64,000 nucleotides of DNA from an uncultured delta proteobacterium (GCA_963728565.1 CAVSLC010000023.1:256001-320000); one strand, 5' to 3'; positions 20,412 through 29,135 are shown, numbered from the stretch's first letter. Notes: generated from the letters alone by a model not told the origin. Numbers and translations: made by a program.

Positions 20412-20879
20412 ATGAGCGAGGGAAAAACTTATTTCTACGAGACTGAAGTCGAGTGGACAGGCGCAAAGGACCTGAAACTTAGCGGCGGCCAGCAGCCTTC
20501 GATTGCTGCCGGGGCGCCGCCGGAGTTCCATGGCCGGGAGGAAAACTGGTCCCCTGAGCATCTGTTCGTCGCGTCGCTAAACAGTTGCTATGTGCTGACA
20601 CTGATTGCGATCGCGGAATTCTCGAAAATCGCTCTCGTTAGTCTGTCTTCCACGGCGAAGGGAAAATTAGAGAAGCTGCCAGGGAGCGGTTATCAGATCA
20701 CCGAGATTGTCGTAAAGCCAAAGGTCGTTCTTGCGTCGGCCGGCGATCTCTCGCGCATGCCGCGGATACTGGAAAAAGCCAAAGAGAGCTGTTTTGTCTC
20801 CAACTCGATCAAGAGCACGATCAAGATCGAACCCGAAGTCTTTCATCGTCAGACCCAGACCTCTCCCTGCCCTTTGTGA
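20412..20879 (+). CDS. OsmC/Ohr family protein
   Basis: PPEFHG...WSPEHLFVASLNSC...KAKESCFVSNSI (two catalytic Cys). Confidence 0.92.
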   Translation: MSEGKTYFYETEVEWTGAKDLKLSGGQQPSIAAGAPPEFHGREENWSPEHLFVASLNSCYVLTLIAIAEFSKIALVSLSSTAKGKLEKLPGSGYQITEIVVKPKVVLASAGDLSRMPRILEKAKESCFVSNSIKSTIKIEPEVFHRQTQTSPCPL

Positions 20880-21033
20880 GGAGTTCCGGATTGAGGCATC
20901 TGCGCGGGAGCGGAAGCGCAGTAACCGATCGACGTGATATCTGCATCAAACCGCGGCTGTTTGGCTGCAGAAAGCCTCGAGAACTATCCAGAGGAAGCGC
21001 AGTATGATGCGCGTAGAAATCCTCCCAGGTTAA

Positions 21034-21963
21034 ATGGAACGCCCCGGTCTTACTCGCTTCGCATGGCTCTCGATCGCCGCGGCCTTGGCTACCATTGCTC
21101 TGAAGGCTCTGGCGTATTTCGTCACCGATTCCGTAGGGCTGTTGTCGGATGCACTGGAGTCATTGGTGAATCTGGCTGCGGCTCTGATGGCGCTGGCAAT
21201 GCTGACTGTTGCCGCTCGACCGCCTGATGAGATTCATGCCTTTGGCTACAGCAAAGCCGAATATTTCTCCAGTGGCGTTGAAGGGGCGCTGATTGTCCTC
21301 GCCGCGGCGATCATCGCCTGGACGGCGGTGCCACGGTTGATTACGCCACAGCCCTTGGAGCAAGTCGGTACCGGTCTGGCGGCATCGATCATAGCGGCGG
21401 CGCTCAATTTTTTGGTTGCCCGCCATTTGCTCAGCGGCAGCAAACAGTATCGCTCCATCACACTGGAAGCGGATGCCCATCACCTGATGACCGATGTCTG
21501 GACGTCGGCCGGTGTGGTTGCCGGAATCGCGATTGTCGCCCTGACCGGCTGGACGCGTCTCGATCCGGTGATTGCGCTGTGTGTCGCCGTTAATATTTTA
21601 TTGATGGGAGTGCGACTGCTGCGCCGGTCGTTGCTTGGACTTTTAGACACGGCTTTGGGTCGCACCGAAGAAAAACTTATAAAAGGAATCCTCAGCCGAT
21701 ATGCCGGTCAGAATCTTTACTATCATGCGCTGCGCACGCGGCAGGCAGGAGTGCGGTCGTTTATTTCCTTCCATGTGCTGGTGCCGGGAGAATGGACCGT
21801 TCAGCAAGGGCATGATCTGGTCGAACGACTCGAGCGCGATATACGCACCGCGATTCCGGGAGCCACCGTGTTTACTCACCTCGAGCCGATCAATGACCCG
21901 TCAGCTTGGCAGGACTTAACGCTTGATCGGACAGATGATGTAATCCGCAGCAAAGGTAGCTGA
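21034..21963 (+). CDS. Cation diffusion facilitator (CDF/FieF family) transporter
   Basis: [41 protein letters not shown] and HLEP. Confidence 0.95.
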   Translation: MERPGLTRFAWLSIAAALATIALKALAYFVTDSVGLLSDALESLVNLAAALMALAMLTVAARPPDEIHAFGYSKAEYFSSGVEGALIVLAAAIIAWTAVPRLITPQPLEQVGTGLAASIIAAALNFLVARHLLSGSKQYRSITLEADAHHLMTDVWTSAGVVAGIAIVALTGWTRLDPVIALCVAVNILLMGVRLLRRSLLGLLDTALGRTEEKLIKGILSRYAGQNLYYHALRTRQAGVRSFISFHVLVPGEWTVQQGHDLVERLERDIRTAIPGATVFTHLEPINDPSAWQDLTLDRTDDVIRSKGS

Positions 21964-22053
21964 TGCAAAATCAAAGGATCATGGTTTAATGAAAGCGCGT
22001 AGTAAAATCATAAAGCCTAGATTGCGTTCCCATAAACAAAGGAGAAGCCGTTT

Positions 22054-22206
22054 ATGCCTGACTGGTTGTGGTTCGTCGCTTTTTTCGTGGCCTACATTGT
22101 GCTGATGCGCTGGGTGCTGCCTTATCTGGGCGTGCGAACTTGAATGGCCGGTGACGTCGAGTCTCGACGCACTAGCAACAAAGAGCAACGCACAGCGGAA
22201 AAGTGA
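22054..22206 (+). CDS. Candidate Sec-containing single-TM microprotein MPDWLWFVAFFVAYIVLMRWVLPYLGVRT-U-MAGDVESRRTSNKEQRTAEK (29 aa if TGA is a stop)
   Basis: AAGGAG RBS, hydrophobic helix, in-frame TGA at 22141-22143 followed by a strong hairpin; paralog at 25747 has TCA at the same codon. Confidence 0.6.
22147..22176 (+). promoter_or_regulatory. Candidate bacterial SECIS element for TGA 22141
   Basis: GGTG-a-CGTCGA[GTC]TCGACG-CACT hairpin; apical loop starts with GU after a 17-nt spacer from UGA. Confidence 0.55.
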
Positions 22207-22453
22207 TGCCGGGAAGCATCGAGATTAATGGAAATCAGGTCCAGCAGACACCGAGGTCGCCTTGCCCGGTGGAATAAGTTCTCATTCCAGCAGTTCCTAG
22301 GATCGATTTAAAGAGTCAGTTGCAGCGAATCGTATTCTGATGAGCATGGAATCACGGCTCCTCATTTTCATAAATGCAAATTAGTCTGACCTTTTTCGCA
22401 GGTCTGGCAAGCCCTGACGGCTAAATTCCTCAAACCGGAAACAGAGTCAGTGG

Positions 22454-22469
22454 TGGCATATCGGTTGCT
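22454..22469 (+). promoter_or_regulatory. Putative sigma54 promoter for the exporter operon
   Basis: TGGCATATCGGTTGCT; differs by one base from the site at 26059. Confidence 0.78.
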
Positions 22470-22550
22470 CTTCTCTAAGCCGTGACCCTGGTTGCGCTCG
22501 AAGTTTGCACAAACGCAACAACACTGGGTCGGTGCAGGAGGAGAGATAGT

Positions 22551-23828
22551 GTGAAATCTTACCTGGGTATGGGCCGCAGTCGGGTGTTGCTGGTTTGCGG
22601 TGCGCTGGCGATGTTTGCGGCTGCTTTGTGGCTGTGGCTCCGCCCCGCCACCGTGACCACCGCCGAAGTGAGCGCCCGCGAGATCAGTCCAGCTATACAC
22701 GCGGTCGGGACGGTGGAAGCCAGGGTCCTGGTTCAGCTGGCCGCCAAGATCGGCGGGCGAATCAGCAGAATGCATGTCGATCAGGGTGACACCGTGCGAG
22801 CCGGCCAGATCCTTGCTCAACTGGAGGATTCTGAATCGACTGCGGAGGTTCAACGCGGCGCTGCGAACTTGGAACGAGCCAAGCTTGCTTTACATGCGCA
22901 GCAAGCAGCCCTGCTGCGGGCGCAAGCAGCACTCTCCGCCGCTGAAGCAATCGTCCTCAAAGCGCGCGCAAACCGTGCGCTTGCTTATGCCAATGCGGCG
23001 CGCTGGGGAAAGCTCGAGGCCGCGGAACTCGTAGCCAAGATCGAGCTCGATGAACGGGCTAACGCCGCCGAATTGGCTGATGCTGAGTTAAAAAGTGCCG
23101 AGGCGCTGCGCGAAGCGGCAGCCAAAGAGGCCGCGGTTCAGCAAGTCGCATTGAAGATCGTTCCCCATGACATCGCCGCTGCAGCGGCTGCCCTTGCTTC
23201 GCTTCAGGCTAGAAAAGCCGACACGGTAATCGCCAGTTCGACCGACGGTTATATAGTGAGCCGGGAAGTTGAAACCGGCGGCGCGGTCAATCCCGGAACG
23301 CCAATTCTCAAGCTCGCTGATCCGCGCACCATCTGGGCTACCGTGTATGTCGACGAGCGCGAAGCAGGTTCTCTCGAGATCGGAAACGCAGCCGACATCA
23401 CGTTGCGCTCGATGCCGGAGCGGGTCTTGACTGGCAAGGTCGCGCGCATCCGGCGCGAAAGCGATCGCGTTACCGAGCAGCTCACGGTGGACATAAGCTT
23501 CGATACACCGCCGGATCAATTGCGCCTCGGCCAGCAAGCAGAGGCGCTAATCCGAGCGGCGCCGCGAAATGTTATTGCCATGTCCGATGCAGCAGTTGTG
23601 CAGTCCGCGAGGGGAGCCGGCGCCTGGATCGTTGTCGCTGGCCGCCTGCGCCTCCGGCCAGTGCGGTTAGGGGCAGTCGATCCCTCCGGCTGGGTTGAAG
23701 TACTGCAAGGACTTTCTGTCGGCGATCACGTGGTGGTCGCTCCCGGCAAATTCTCAGATCCTAAAAACGAGGGGCGGCGCGTCATCGCGCAGCCGCGATC
23801 CTCAACCATCGCGGTCGCCAGCCAGTAA
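22551..23828 (+). CDS. Efflux periplasmic adaptor (MFP/MacA-like) subunit
   Basis: N-terminal TM, IGGRISRMHVDQGDTVRAGQILAQL lipoyl half-motif, long Ala-rich coiled coil, VLQGLSVGDHVVV; AGGAGGAG RBS before GTG. Confidence 0.9.
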   Translation: MKSYLGMGRSRVLLVCGALAMFAAALWLWLRPATVTTAEVSAREISPAIHAVGTVEARVLVQLAAKIGGRISRMHVDQGDTVRAGQILAQLEDSESTAEVQRGAANLERAKLALHAQQAALLRAQAALSAAEAIVLKARANRALAYANAARWGKLEAAELVAKIELDERANAAELADAELKSAEALREAAAKEAAVQQVALKIVPHDIAAAAAALASLQARKADTVIASSTDGYIVSREVETGGAVNPGTPILKLADPRTIWATVYVDEREAGSLEIGNAADITLRSMPERVLTGKVARIRRESDRVTEQLTVDISFDTPPDQLRLGQQAEALIRAAPRNVIAMSDAAVVQSARGAGAWIVVAGRLRLRPVRLGAVDPSGWVEVLQGLSVGDHVVVAPGKFSDPKNEGRRVIAQPRSSTIAVASQ

Positions 23829-23832
23829 ACTC

Positions 23833-25029
23833 ATGAATCTTGCGATTCGAGACGTAAGATACCGTTTTGGCCGCTTTCTTCTGACCGCCTTCGGCCTTGG
23901 TTTGCTGCTTGCGACCGTCATGGCAATGGGCGGAATTTACCGGGGCATGGTGGAGGACGCCCTCAGCATCGTGCGCGCCCCTGACGCTGATCTGTGGGTG
24001 GTGCAGAAAGACACCAATGGTCCGTTCGCCGAGACCTCAAGGGTGCCCGATGATCTCCATCGCGTGATGCGCGCGGTCCCGGGGGTGCGCGAAGCCAATG
24101 CGATCGCATTTCAGACCATTCAGCTCGACTATGAAAACAAGTCGCTCCGGGTGCAGTTGATTGGCTACCGACCAGGAAATTTAGGGGCGCCCTCAGCGGT
24201 GGCGGCAGGCCGTCCTCTCACAACCCACCGCTATGAGATGGTGTTGGACCGCAAGGCGGGAATCCCCGTCGGTGCACGCCTGCCACTGGGAAGGTCGACC
24301 TTTACCGTGGTCGGCTTAACGGAGGGCATTGTTTCGAGTTCCGGCGATTCGACGGCATATGTATCGCTGCAGGACGCCCAGGAACTGCAGTTTCTCAAGG
24401 GCAACGAGGCGGTGCGCAACGAGCGGGCGCGGCTTGTCGCCGACTTACAATCAAACCCAATACTCACCGGAGTCCCGGCGGCTTCGCTGTTTTCGATAGT
24501 GCAGAACACCAATTTGGCCAACGCCATACTCGTGCGGATCGAGCCTTGGGCTAATGCTGAGGAAGTCGCTCGACGAATCGAGCGCTGGAACCATTACCGC
24601 GCGCTGACCACGGCGGAGCAAGAAGATGTATTGGCCAAGAATGTGATCGAACGGGCCCGCCAGCAAATCATGCTTTTTCGCATTATCCTGCTCGCAGTAT
24701 CGACGGTGATCATCGCGTTGATTATCTACACAATGACGATAGAGAAGACGCGCGATATAGCGACATTGAAGATCATTGGCGCTCCGAACATGAAAATCGT
24801 CAGTTTGATTCTACAAGAGTCGGTCGCCCTTGGGGTGCTCGGGTATGGATTCGGCGCGGCGCTCATCAATCTGGTCTATGAGTATTTTCCGCGCCGGGTT
24901 GCGATTCTTGCCTTTGATCAGGGCGTCCTGTTCGGCATCGTTTTGGCGATCTGTGTCATCGCAAGTATTCTCGGGATAAGACGCGCTCTTGGCATTGATC
25001 CGACCACCGCGATGGGAGGGGGCGCGTAA
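23833..25029 (+). CDS. ABC transporter permease (FtsX/MacB-like, type VII)
   Basis: MNLAIRD...[21 protein letters not shown]; four-TM topology. Confidence 0.92.
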   Translation: MNLAIRDVRYRFGRFLLTAFGLGLLLATVMAMGGIYRGMVEDALSIVRAPDADLWVVQKDTNGPFAETSRVPDDLHRVMRAVPGVREANAIAFQTIQLDYENKSLRVQLIGYRPGNLGAPSAVAAGRPLTTHRYEMVLDRKAGIPVGARLPLGRSTFTVVGLTEGIVSSSGDSTAYVSLQDAQELQFLKGNEAVRNERARLVADLQSNPILTGVPAASLFSIVQNTNLANAILVRIEPWANAEEVARRIERWNHYRALTTAEQEDVLAKNVIERARQQIMLFRIILLAVSTVIIALIIYTMTIEKTRDIATLKIIGAPNMKIVSLILQESVALGVLGYGFGAALINLVYEYFPRRVAILAFDQGVLFGIVLAICVIASILGIRRALGIDPTTAMGGGA

Positions 25030-25754
25030 TGGCCGTGTTGGTAGCGGAGCAGATCGTTAAAATCTTCGGTCAGGGCGAGGGCCAAGTCGCCGCTTTGAAG
25101 GACGCCTACGTTTCCATCGAGGCGGGAGAGATGGTTGGCTTGATGGGGCCGAGTGGTTCGGGCAAGACGACGCTTCTGCGGGCTCTCTCATTAATCGATC
25201 CGCCGACCAGCGGTCAGATCACCATCGGTAATGAGCTGGTGTTTCAAGGCTCCCGAGTGCTGACGGATGATAGGCAGCTACGCCGCAGGCGCATGGGAAT
25301 CATCTTCCAGGCCTACAATCTCATTCCGTTTCTAACCTCAGTGGAAAACGTCGCGCTTGTGCTGACGCTCAACGGAATTTCGAGAAACGAGGCGTTGGCG
25401 CGCGCGCACAACTTGCTCAACCGCCTCGAACTGGGGCATCGTGCCGACACCTACCCAGCGACGCTTTCAGGCGGGGAGCAACAGCGGGTTGCCGTCGCCC
25501 GAGCTGTCATCAATGAGCCAGTGATGATTCTTGCGGATGAACCGACGGCAGCCCTCGACACCGAACGAGGCAAGGCGGTGATGGATCTGCTCCGGCTGCT
25601 TGGCCGCGTGCAGCGAGCAGCCGTGATCGTTGTGACACACGATGAAAGAATGATCGAAGGCTTTGATCGCATCTATCATATGATTGACGGCCGGATCACG
25701 AACCATCTGAGTTCGGCAGAGCGCCAAGCGACGGCGGATGAAATCCATGCGTGA
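25029..25754 (+). CDS. ABC transporter ATP-binding protein (LolD/MacB-like)
   Basis: [24 protein letters not shown] and VTHD motifs. Confidence 0.95.
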   Translation: MAVLVAEQIVKIFGQGEGQVAALKDAYVSIEAGEMVGLMGPSGSGKTTLLRALSLIDPPTSGQITIGNELVFQGSRVLTDDRQLRRRRMGIIFQAYNLIPFLTSVENVALVLTLNGISRNEALARAHNLLNRLELGHRADTYPATLSGGEQQRVAVARAVINEPVMILADEPTAALDTERGKAVMDLLRLLGRVQRAAVIVVTHDERMIEGFDRIYHMIDGRITNHLSSAERQATADEIHA

Positions 25755-25880
25755 CTGGTTGTGGTTCATTGCATTTTCTCGCGCTGGGTGTTGCCTCGGC
25801 TGGCGGCGCCCGGTTCAATGGCCCACGTCCACGCGACCGCACGAAAAATAAAGCAAGCTAGCAAAGGGAAAGTGAAATGA
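25747..25880 (+). pseudogene. Decayed paralog of the 22054 microprotein (19-nt deletion; TGA codon is TCA)
   Basis: [10 protein letters not shown] then, after a frameshift, RWVLPRLAAPG-S(TCA 25815-25817)-MA, aligning codon for codon with RWVLPYLGVRT-TGA-MA. Confidence 0.7.
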
Positions 25881-26058
25881 AAAGTTCGCCTCAAAATCAT
25901 CAGAGCCAATCATACAGAGTCTAATGATGATTACGTGATCCGCGCCGCGAGAGGAAGGATTGAATCGTTCACTTCTTAATCTTGACAAACGGACGGAATC
26001 TTTTTTGTGTTCCTGACAATCTCGCCGTGGCCATCATTTATTAAGCAAGCGTTTCCAC

Positions 26059-26074
26059 TGGCATATCTGTTGCT
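26059..26074 (+). promoter_or_regulatory. Putative sigma54 promoter for the structured leader and YeeE operon
   Basis: TGGCATATCTGTTGCT; the predicted TSS (~26085) lies a few nt before the structured element. Confidence 0.8.
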
Positions 26075-26092
26075 CCAAGGCCTTAGTTAATG

Positions 26093-26331
26093 CCGGATTC
26101 CGCAGTCGAACTAAAGATGCCGCAAGCGAGGTGGAATCCTGGAGCAGCGAAGGCGTCCGACTGTGAAGTTTCAAAGTGTTTTTGCGCTCTCGCAGGTCGT
26201 TGCTATGAGGCTTAAACATCCCGCTTGAAGCACCGCTGAGCGATCTCTGCTCAGAGGTAGAAACCCATCGACTTCGCTGCGGAAGGATTGTGCCTCGCGC
26301 TTTCTGTCAATCGCAACTGCGGAATCCGGGT
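26093..26331 (+). ncRNA. ~240-nt structured element, copy 2 (candidate ncRNA or 5' leader)
   Basis: Perfect 14-bp terminal stem CCGGATTCCGCAGT (26093-26106)/ACTGCGGAATCCGG (26316-26329), same inner stems as copy 1; ends about 10 nt before the AGGAGGAG RBS. Confidence 0.6.
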
Positions 26332-26353
26332 TGATTCGAAAGGAGGAGAACAA

Positions 26354-26818
26354 ATGAAAAGGACAGGTTGGATCATAATGATCACAGTATTCGCGGTGAT
26401 CTTCAGTGTGGCGAATTCTTTCGCGCAGCAAGGACCCGGAACCATGTGGCGCGGCAGCGGCGGATGGGGGCAAGGAAGCCAGTACAACAAGATGTACGAT
26501 CCGAAGGCGGTGGAAACGATTAGCGGGGAAGTAACCAACGTGGATCGTATTACGCCGGCCAAAGGGATGAGCGGTGGACTTCACATGAGTGTGAAGACCG
26601 ACAAGGAGACGATCTCCGTTCATCTGGGTCCGAGCTGGTATCTTGAAAACCAGGACGTCAAGATCGAAGCGAAAGACAAAGTCGAAGTGAAGGGCGCGAG
26701 GACCACTTTTGCAGGCAAACCGGCGATCATCGCGGCGGAAGTGAAGAAGGGCGATGAAGTTTTGAAATTGCGTGACGACAACGGCTTTCCTGTGTGGAGC
26801 GGTTGGCGCAGGCATTAG
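26354..26818 (+). CDS. Secreted OB-fold protein (MamS/MamX-like domain family)
   Basis: Signal peptide, Gly-rich linker, MYDPKAVETISGEV...VHLGPSWYL...KVEVKG...LRDDNGFPVWSG. Confidence 0.7.
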   Translation: MKRTGWIIMITVFAVIFSVANSFAQQGPGTMWRGSGGWGQGSQYNKMYDPKAVETISGEVTNVDRITPAKGMSGGLHMSVKTDKETISVHLGPSWYLENQDVKIEAKDKVEVKGARTTFAGKPAIIAAEVKKGDEVLKLRDDNGFPVWSGWRRH

Positions 26819-26917
26819 TTTCGACGCAACCCTTGATTCGCACGGTTTTGGTCGGCGGCTGTTTGGAACGGAAAAGCTCTCCCACCGCCGGTTCGCTGAC
26901 ACTGGGAGGAAACAGCT

Positions 26918-27439
26918 ATGGATTGGCTACGTAGAGAAGAGTGGCCCTGGTGGCAGGCGGGTTTATTACTCGGCCTGCTAAACATGGCGGCATTTTTCAC
27001 GGCGGACTATTACCTGTCGGTTTCGACGACTTTCTCGCGCGCCGCGGCAATGGTGGTTGGACTGGTCGCACCGGAGCATGTGGCGGCAAACGCATACTGG
27101 CAGAAGGTTAAGCCGATAGTCGATTGGCAATTCATGCTTGTTCTGGGAATTCCACTCGGCGCCTATCTGGCCGCGCGACTGAGTCAAAAACCCGTCGAGT
27201 TCACCGGATCGCTTCCCGATATGTGGGTCAGCCGATTCGGTACGAGCAATGCGCAGCGTTGGGTTGTCGGTATATTGGGCGGTATTTTCGTCGGTTTCGG
27301 TGCGCGCCTGGCCGATGGCTGAACCAGCGGCCACGCTCTCAGTGGAGGGCTTCAAATGGCCGTGAGCAGTTGGATCTTTCTGATCGCGATGATGATCTCG
27401 GGCACGATCATGGCGCGGCTAATTTTCCGGAGGGTGTAG
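26918..27439 (+). CDS. YeeE/YedE (PmpA-like) sulfur/selenium transporter-family protein, predicted selenoprotein (TGA 27320-27322)
   Basis: GARLADG-TGA-TSGHALSGGLQMAVSSWIFLIAMMISG...RRV-TAG. The family motif is GARxAxGCTSGH, and readthrough restores the last TM helix and ends 2 nt before the next ATG. Confidence 0.9.
27328..27362 (+). promoter_or_regulatory. Bacterial SECIS-like hairpin for TGA 27320
   Basis: CGGCCA-c-GCTCTC[AGTG]GAGGGC-ttcaaa-TGGCCG; GU in the apical loop, 18-nt spacer from UGA. Confidence 0.75.
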
Positions 27440-27441
27440 CT

Positions 27442-28029
27442 ATGGGTCCATTAGAAATTACCGGTCCAGCGCGTCTTGCGCTCGGACTCGCAACCGGAAT
27501 TCTCTTCGGTTTCATTTTACAAAAGGCACAGGTCACCCAGTATCAAAAGATCGTGTCTTTCTTTCGTTGGAGCGACCTGACTGTCCAGAAAGTCATGTTC
27601 GCGGCGATACTCGTCGGTATGGTCGGGGTGTATGCGCTGCATGATCTTGGTTTGGTCAATCTTCACATCAAGCCGACCTTGCTTGGCGCCAATATCCTTG
27701 GCGGCCTGATTTTCGGCATCGGCATGTTGCTCTTGGGCTTTTGACCCGGCACCTGTGCTGCGGCCTTCGGCGAAGGCCGTTTAGATGGTTTGTTTCGCGG
27801 CGTTCTGGGCATTTTGATCGGCGCGGGTATTTACTCGGAAATCTATCCGTTGATTCAGGATAATCTTCTTAAGCTCGGCGATTTCGGTAAATTGACCATT
27901 CCAACCGTCCTAGGGGTCAATCCATGGTTCGTGATCATACCGTTTACGATCATCGTCAGCGGAATTCTCCTGTGGATGGACCAGATTGATAAGCGAAAGA
28001 CGAGTAACGCAAGAGAGTTAACACGATAA
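27442..28029 (+). CDS. YeeE/YedE (PmpB-like) protein, predicted selenoprotein (TGA 27742-27744)
   Basis: GGLIFGIGMLLLGF-TGA-PGTCAAAFGEGRLDG. The family motif is GxCPGT, and the downstream ORF 27790-28029 is in the same frame. Confidence 0.9.
27760..27780 (+). promoter_or_regulatory. Bacterial SECIS-like hairpin for TGA 27742
   Basis: GCGGCCTTC[GGC]GAAGGCCGT; G-first loop, 24-nt spacer from UGA. Confidence 0.65.
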
Positions 28030-28361
28030 CGTGATCTACAGGCGGGCGTAAATAATCATGAGGGGGAAAAGATGCAACAGAAAAAGGTACTCATAACCAT
28101 GTTGGCGGGCGCGCTACTTGTTTCAGCCAATCCGCTCTCTAGCGGCTGAGCAAGATCTGTAATAAATTTGATTTTTTGGAACAGTTTAGCATCAAGAGTT
28201 CTAACTTATGGGTAAATGGTTCTGTTTTTGAACAGGAAGGATAATGTTGTTGTGAATTATAGAGTGGAAGATAGATGGTTGGTCAGAGAATAGACAGATT
28301 CGCTGCAGAGTCTCGCTTTTACAGTTGGTCGATGGCATACGTGGATATCGGCAAAGGATCT

Positions 28362-28470
28362 GTGAAAACTCTCGTTCTGCTACGACACGGCGAAAGTACC
28401 TGGAACAAAGAAAACCGCTTCACAGGCTGGGTCGATGTGGGCCTAACAGATGGAGGAATCCGAAGTCGCC
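28362..28470 (+). pseudogene. gpmA: N-terminal fragment of 2,3-BPG-dependent phosphoglycerate mutase
   Basis: [28 protein letters not shown], after which similarity is lost. Confidence 0.85.
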
Positions 28471-28509
28471 CGTGCCACGCGCCTTGCGGTGACCATAGAT
28501 GGAGGCGGC

Positions 28510-28632
28510 ATGAAAAATAAAAGAATCGAAACGTTCGACGATTGGAAAGATGTCTTTCACATGTGGCAAAAAGATATCAACTACGACACCGCGCTCTTTG
28601 ATTCCGTTCTGCAGGGCTATGACTTCACCGCG
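28510..28632 (+). pseudogene. N-terminal fragment, probably of a long PaaI/BoxB-like diiron protein
   Basis: GGAGG RBS then [26 protein letters not shown]; truncated where it abuts the ZIP remnant. Family assignment is from recollection of similar N-termini. Confidence 0.45.
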
Positions 28633-29135
28633 ACTTGTAGAGCAACGCTCTGCCTTTGTCCCAGCCGCCGTGAATGAGCATGCCAAAGTCGCCCAGCTCC
28701 TACGGCACTTCATGGGCCGCGGCGGGATCCAGGTGCTGATGCCGACCCGCACGTCGATGAGAAAAGCTCCGGCCATAGCCAGACCGCCGATGAAATTGTG
28801 CACGCCGTCGGCGATCAAAATTAAATACGTCAAGGGCCGGTGCTCGCTCGGCGGCGGTGGCAGTGATGCCAGTGGAGAAACTGTTCGAGCGCCAGAAACA
28901 GGGTGAAACCGAGCAGCGTCCACAGATAAACGGAAAGTCGGTTGCCGCTTTTCTCGATGGCGGCGGGTATCATGTGCAGCAACGCGCCGCCGAGCAGCGT
29001 GCCGGCGGCCAGGGCGACCAGCGGCAACAGTCATTTCTTGAGCGTTGCTTCGCTGAAAAAAAGCGTGAGGCTGCCGACAAGCGCGATCGCGCTCATCAGA
29101 ATCCCGCTGGAAACAATCCAAAGAAATGTAGTCAC
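28632..29135 (-). pseudogene. ZIP-family metal transporter, disrupted
   Basis: VALAAGTLLGGALLHMIP, LEQFLHWHHCH, ADGVHNFIGG and HEVP*ELGDFG spread over several frames with internal stops; C-terminus missing. Confidence 0.85.

Noticed and set aside
20865-20895. OsmC C-terminus ...SPCPL-TGA could read as a CxxU motif
   Set aside because: Both catalytic Cys are already present, readthrough adds only four residues, and the downstream hairpin is weak. Not supportable without homolog evidence.
26093-26331. Assignment of the structured element to SRP, 6S, tmRNA, RNase P, tRNA-Sec or a known riboswitch
   Set aside because: CGGAAGGA and GAGCAGC occur but not as the contiguous SRP helix-8 motif. No tRNA-like ends or recognisable aptamer consensus were found. 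6S-like status cannot be excluded without cmscan.
26354-26818. Magnetosome gene cluster (MamS/MamX-like domain near a CDF transporter)
   Set aside because: No other mam/mms genes are present, and this OB-fold family is widespread outside magnetotactic bacteria.
29031-29033. In-frame TGA in the ZIP transporter (LKK*LLPLV)
   Set aside because: Not a conserved Cys position, and the gene has other stops and frameshifts, so it is a pseudogene rather than a selenoprotein.
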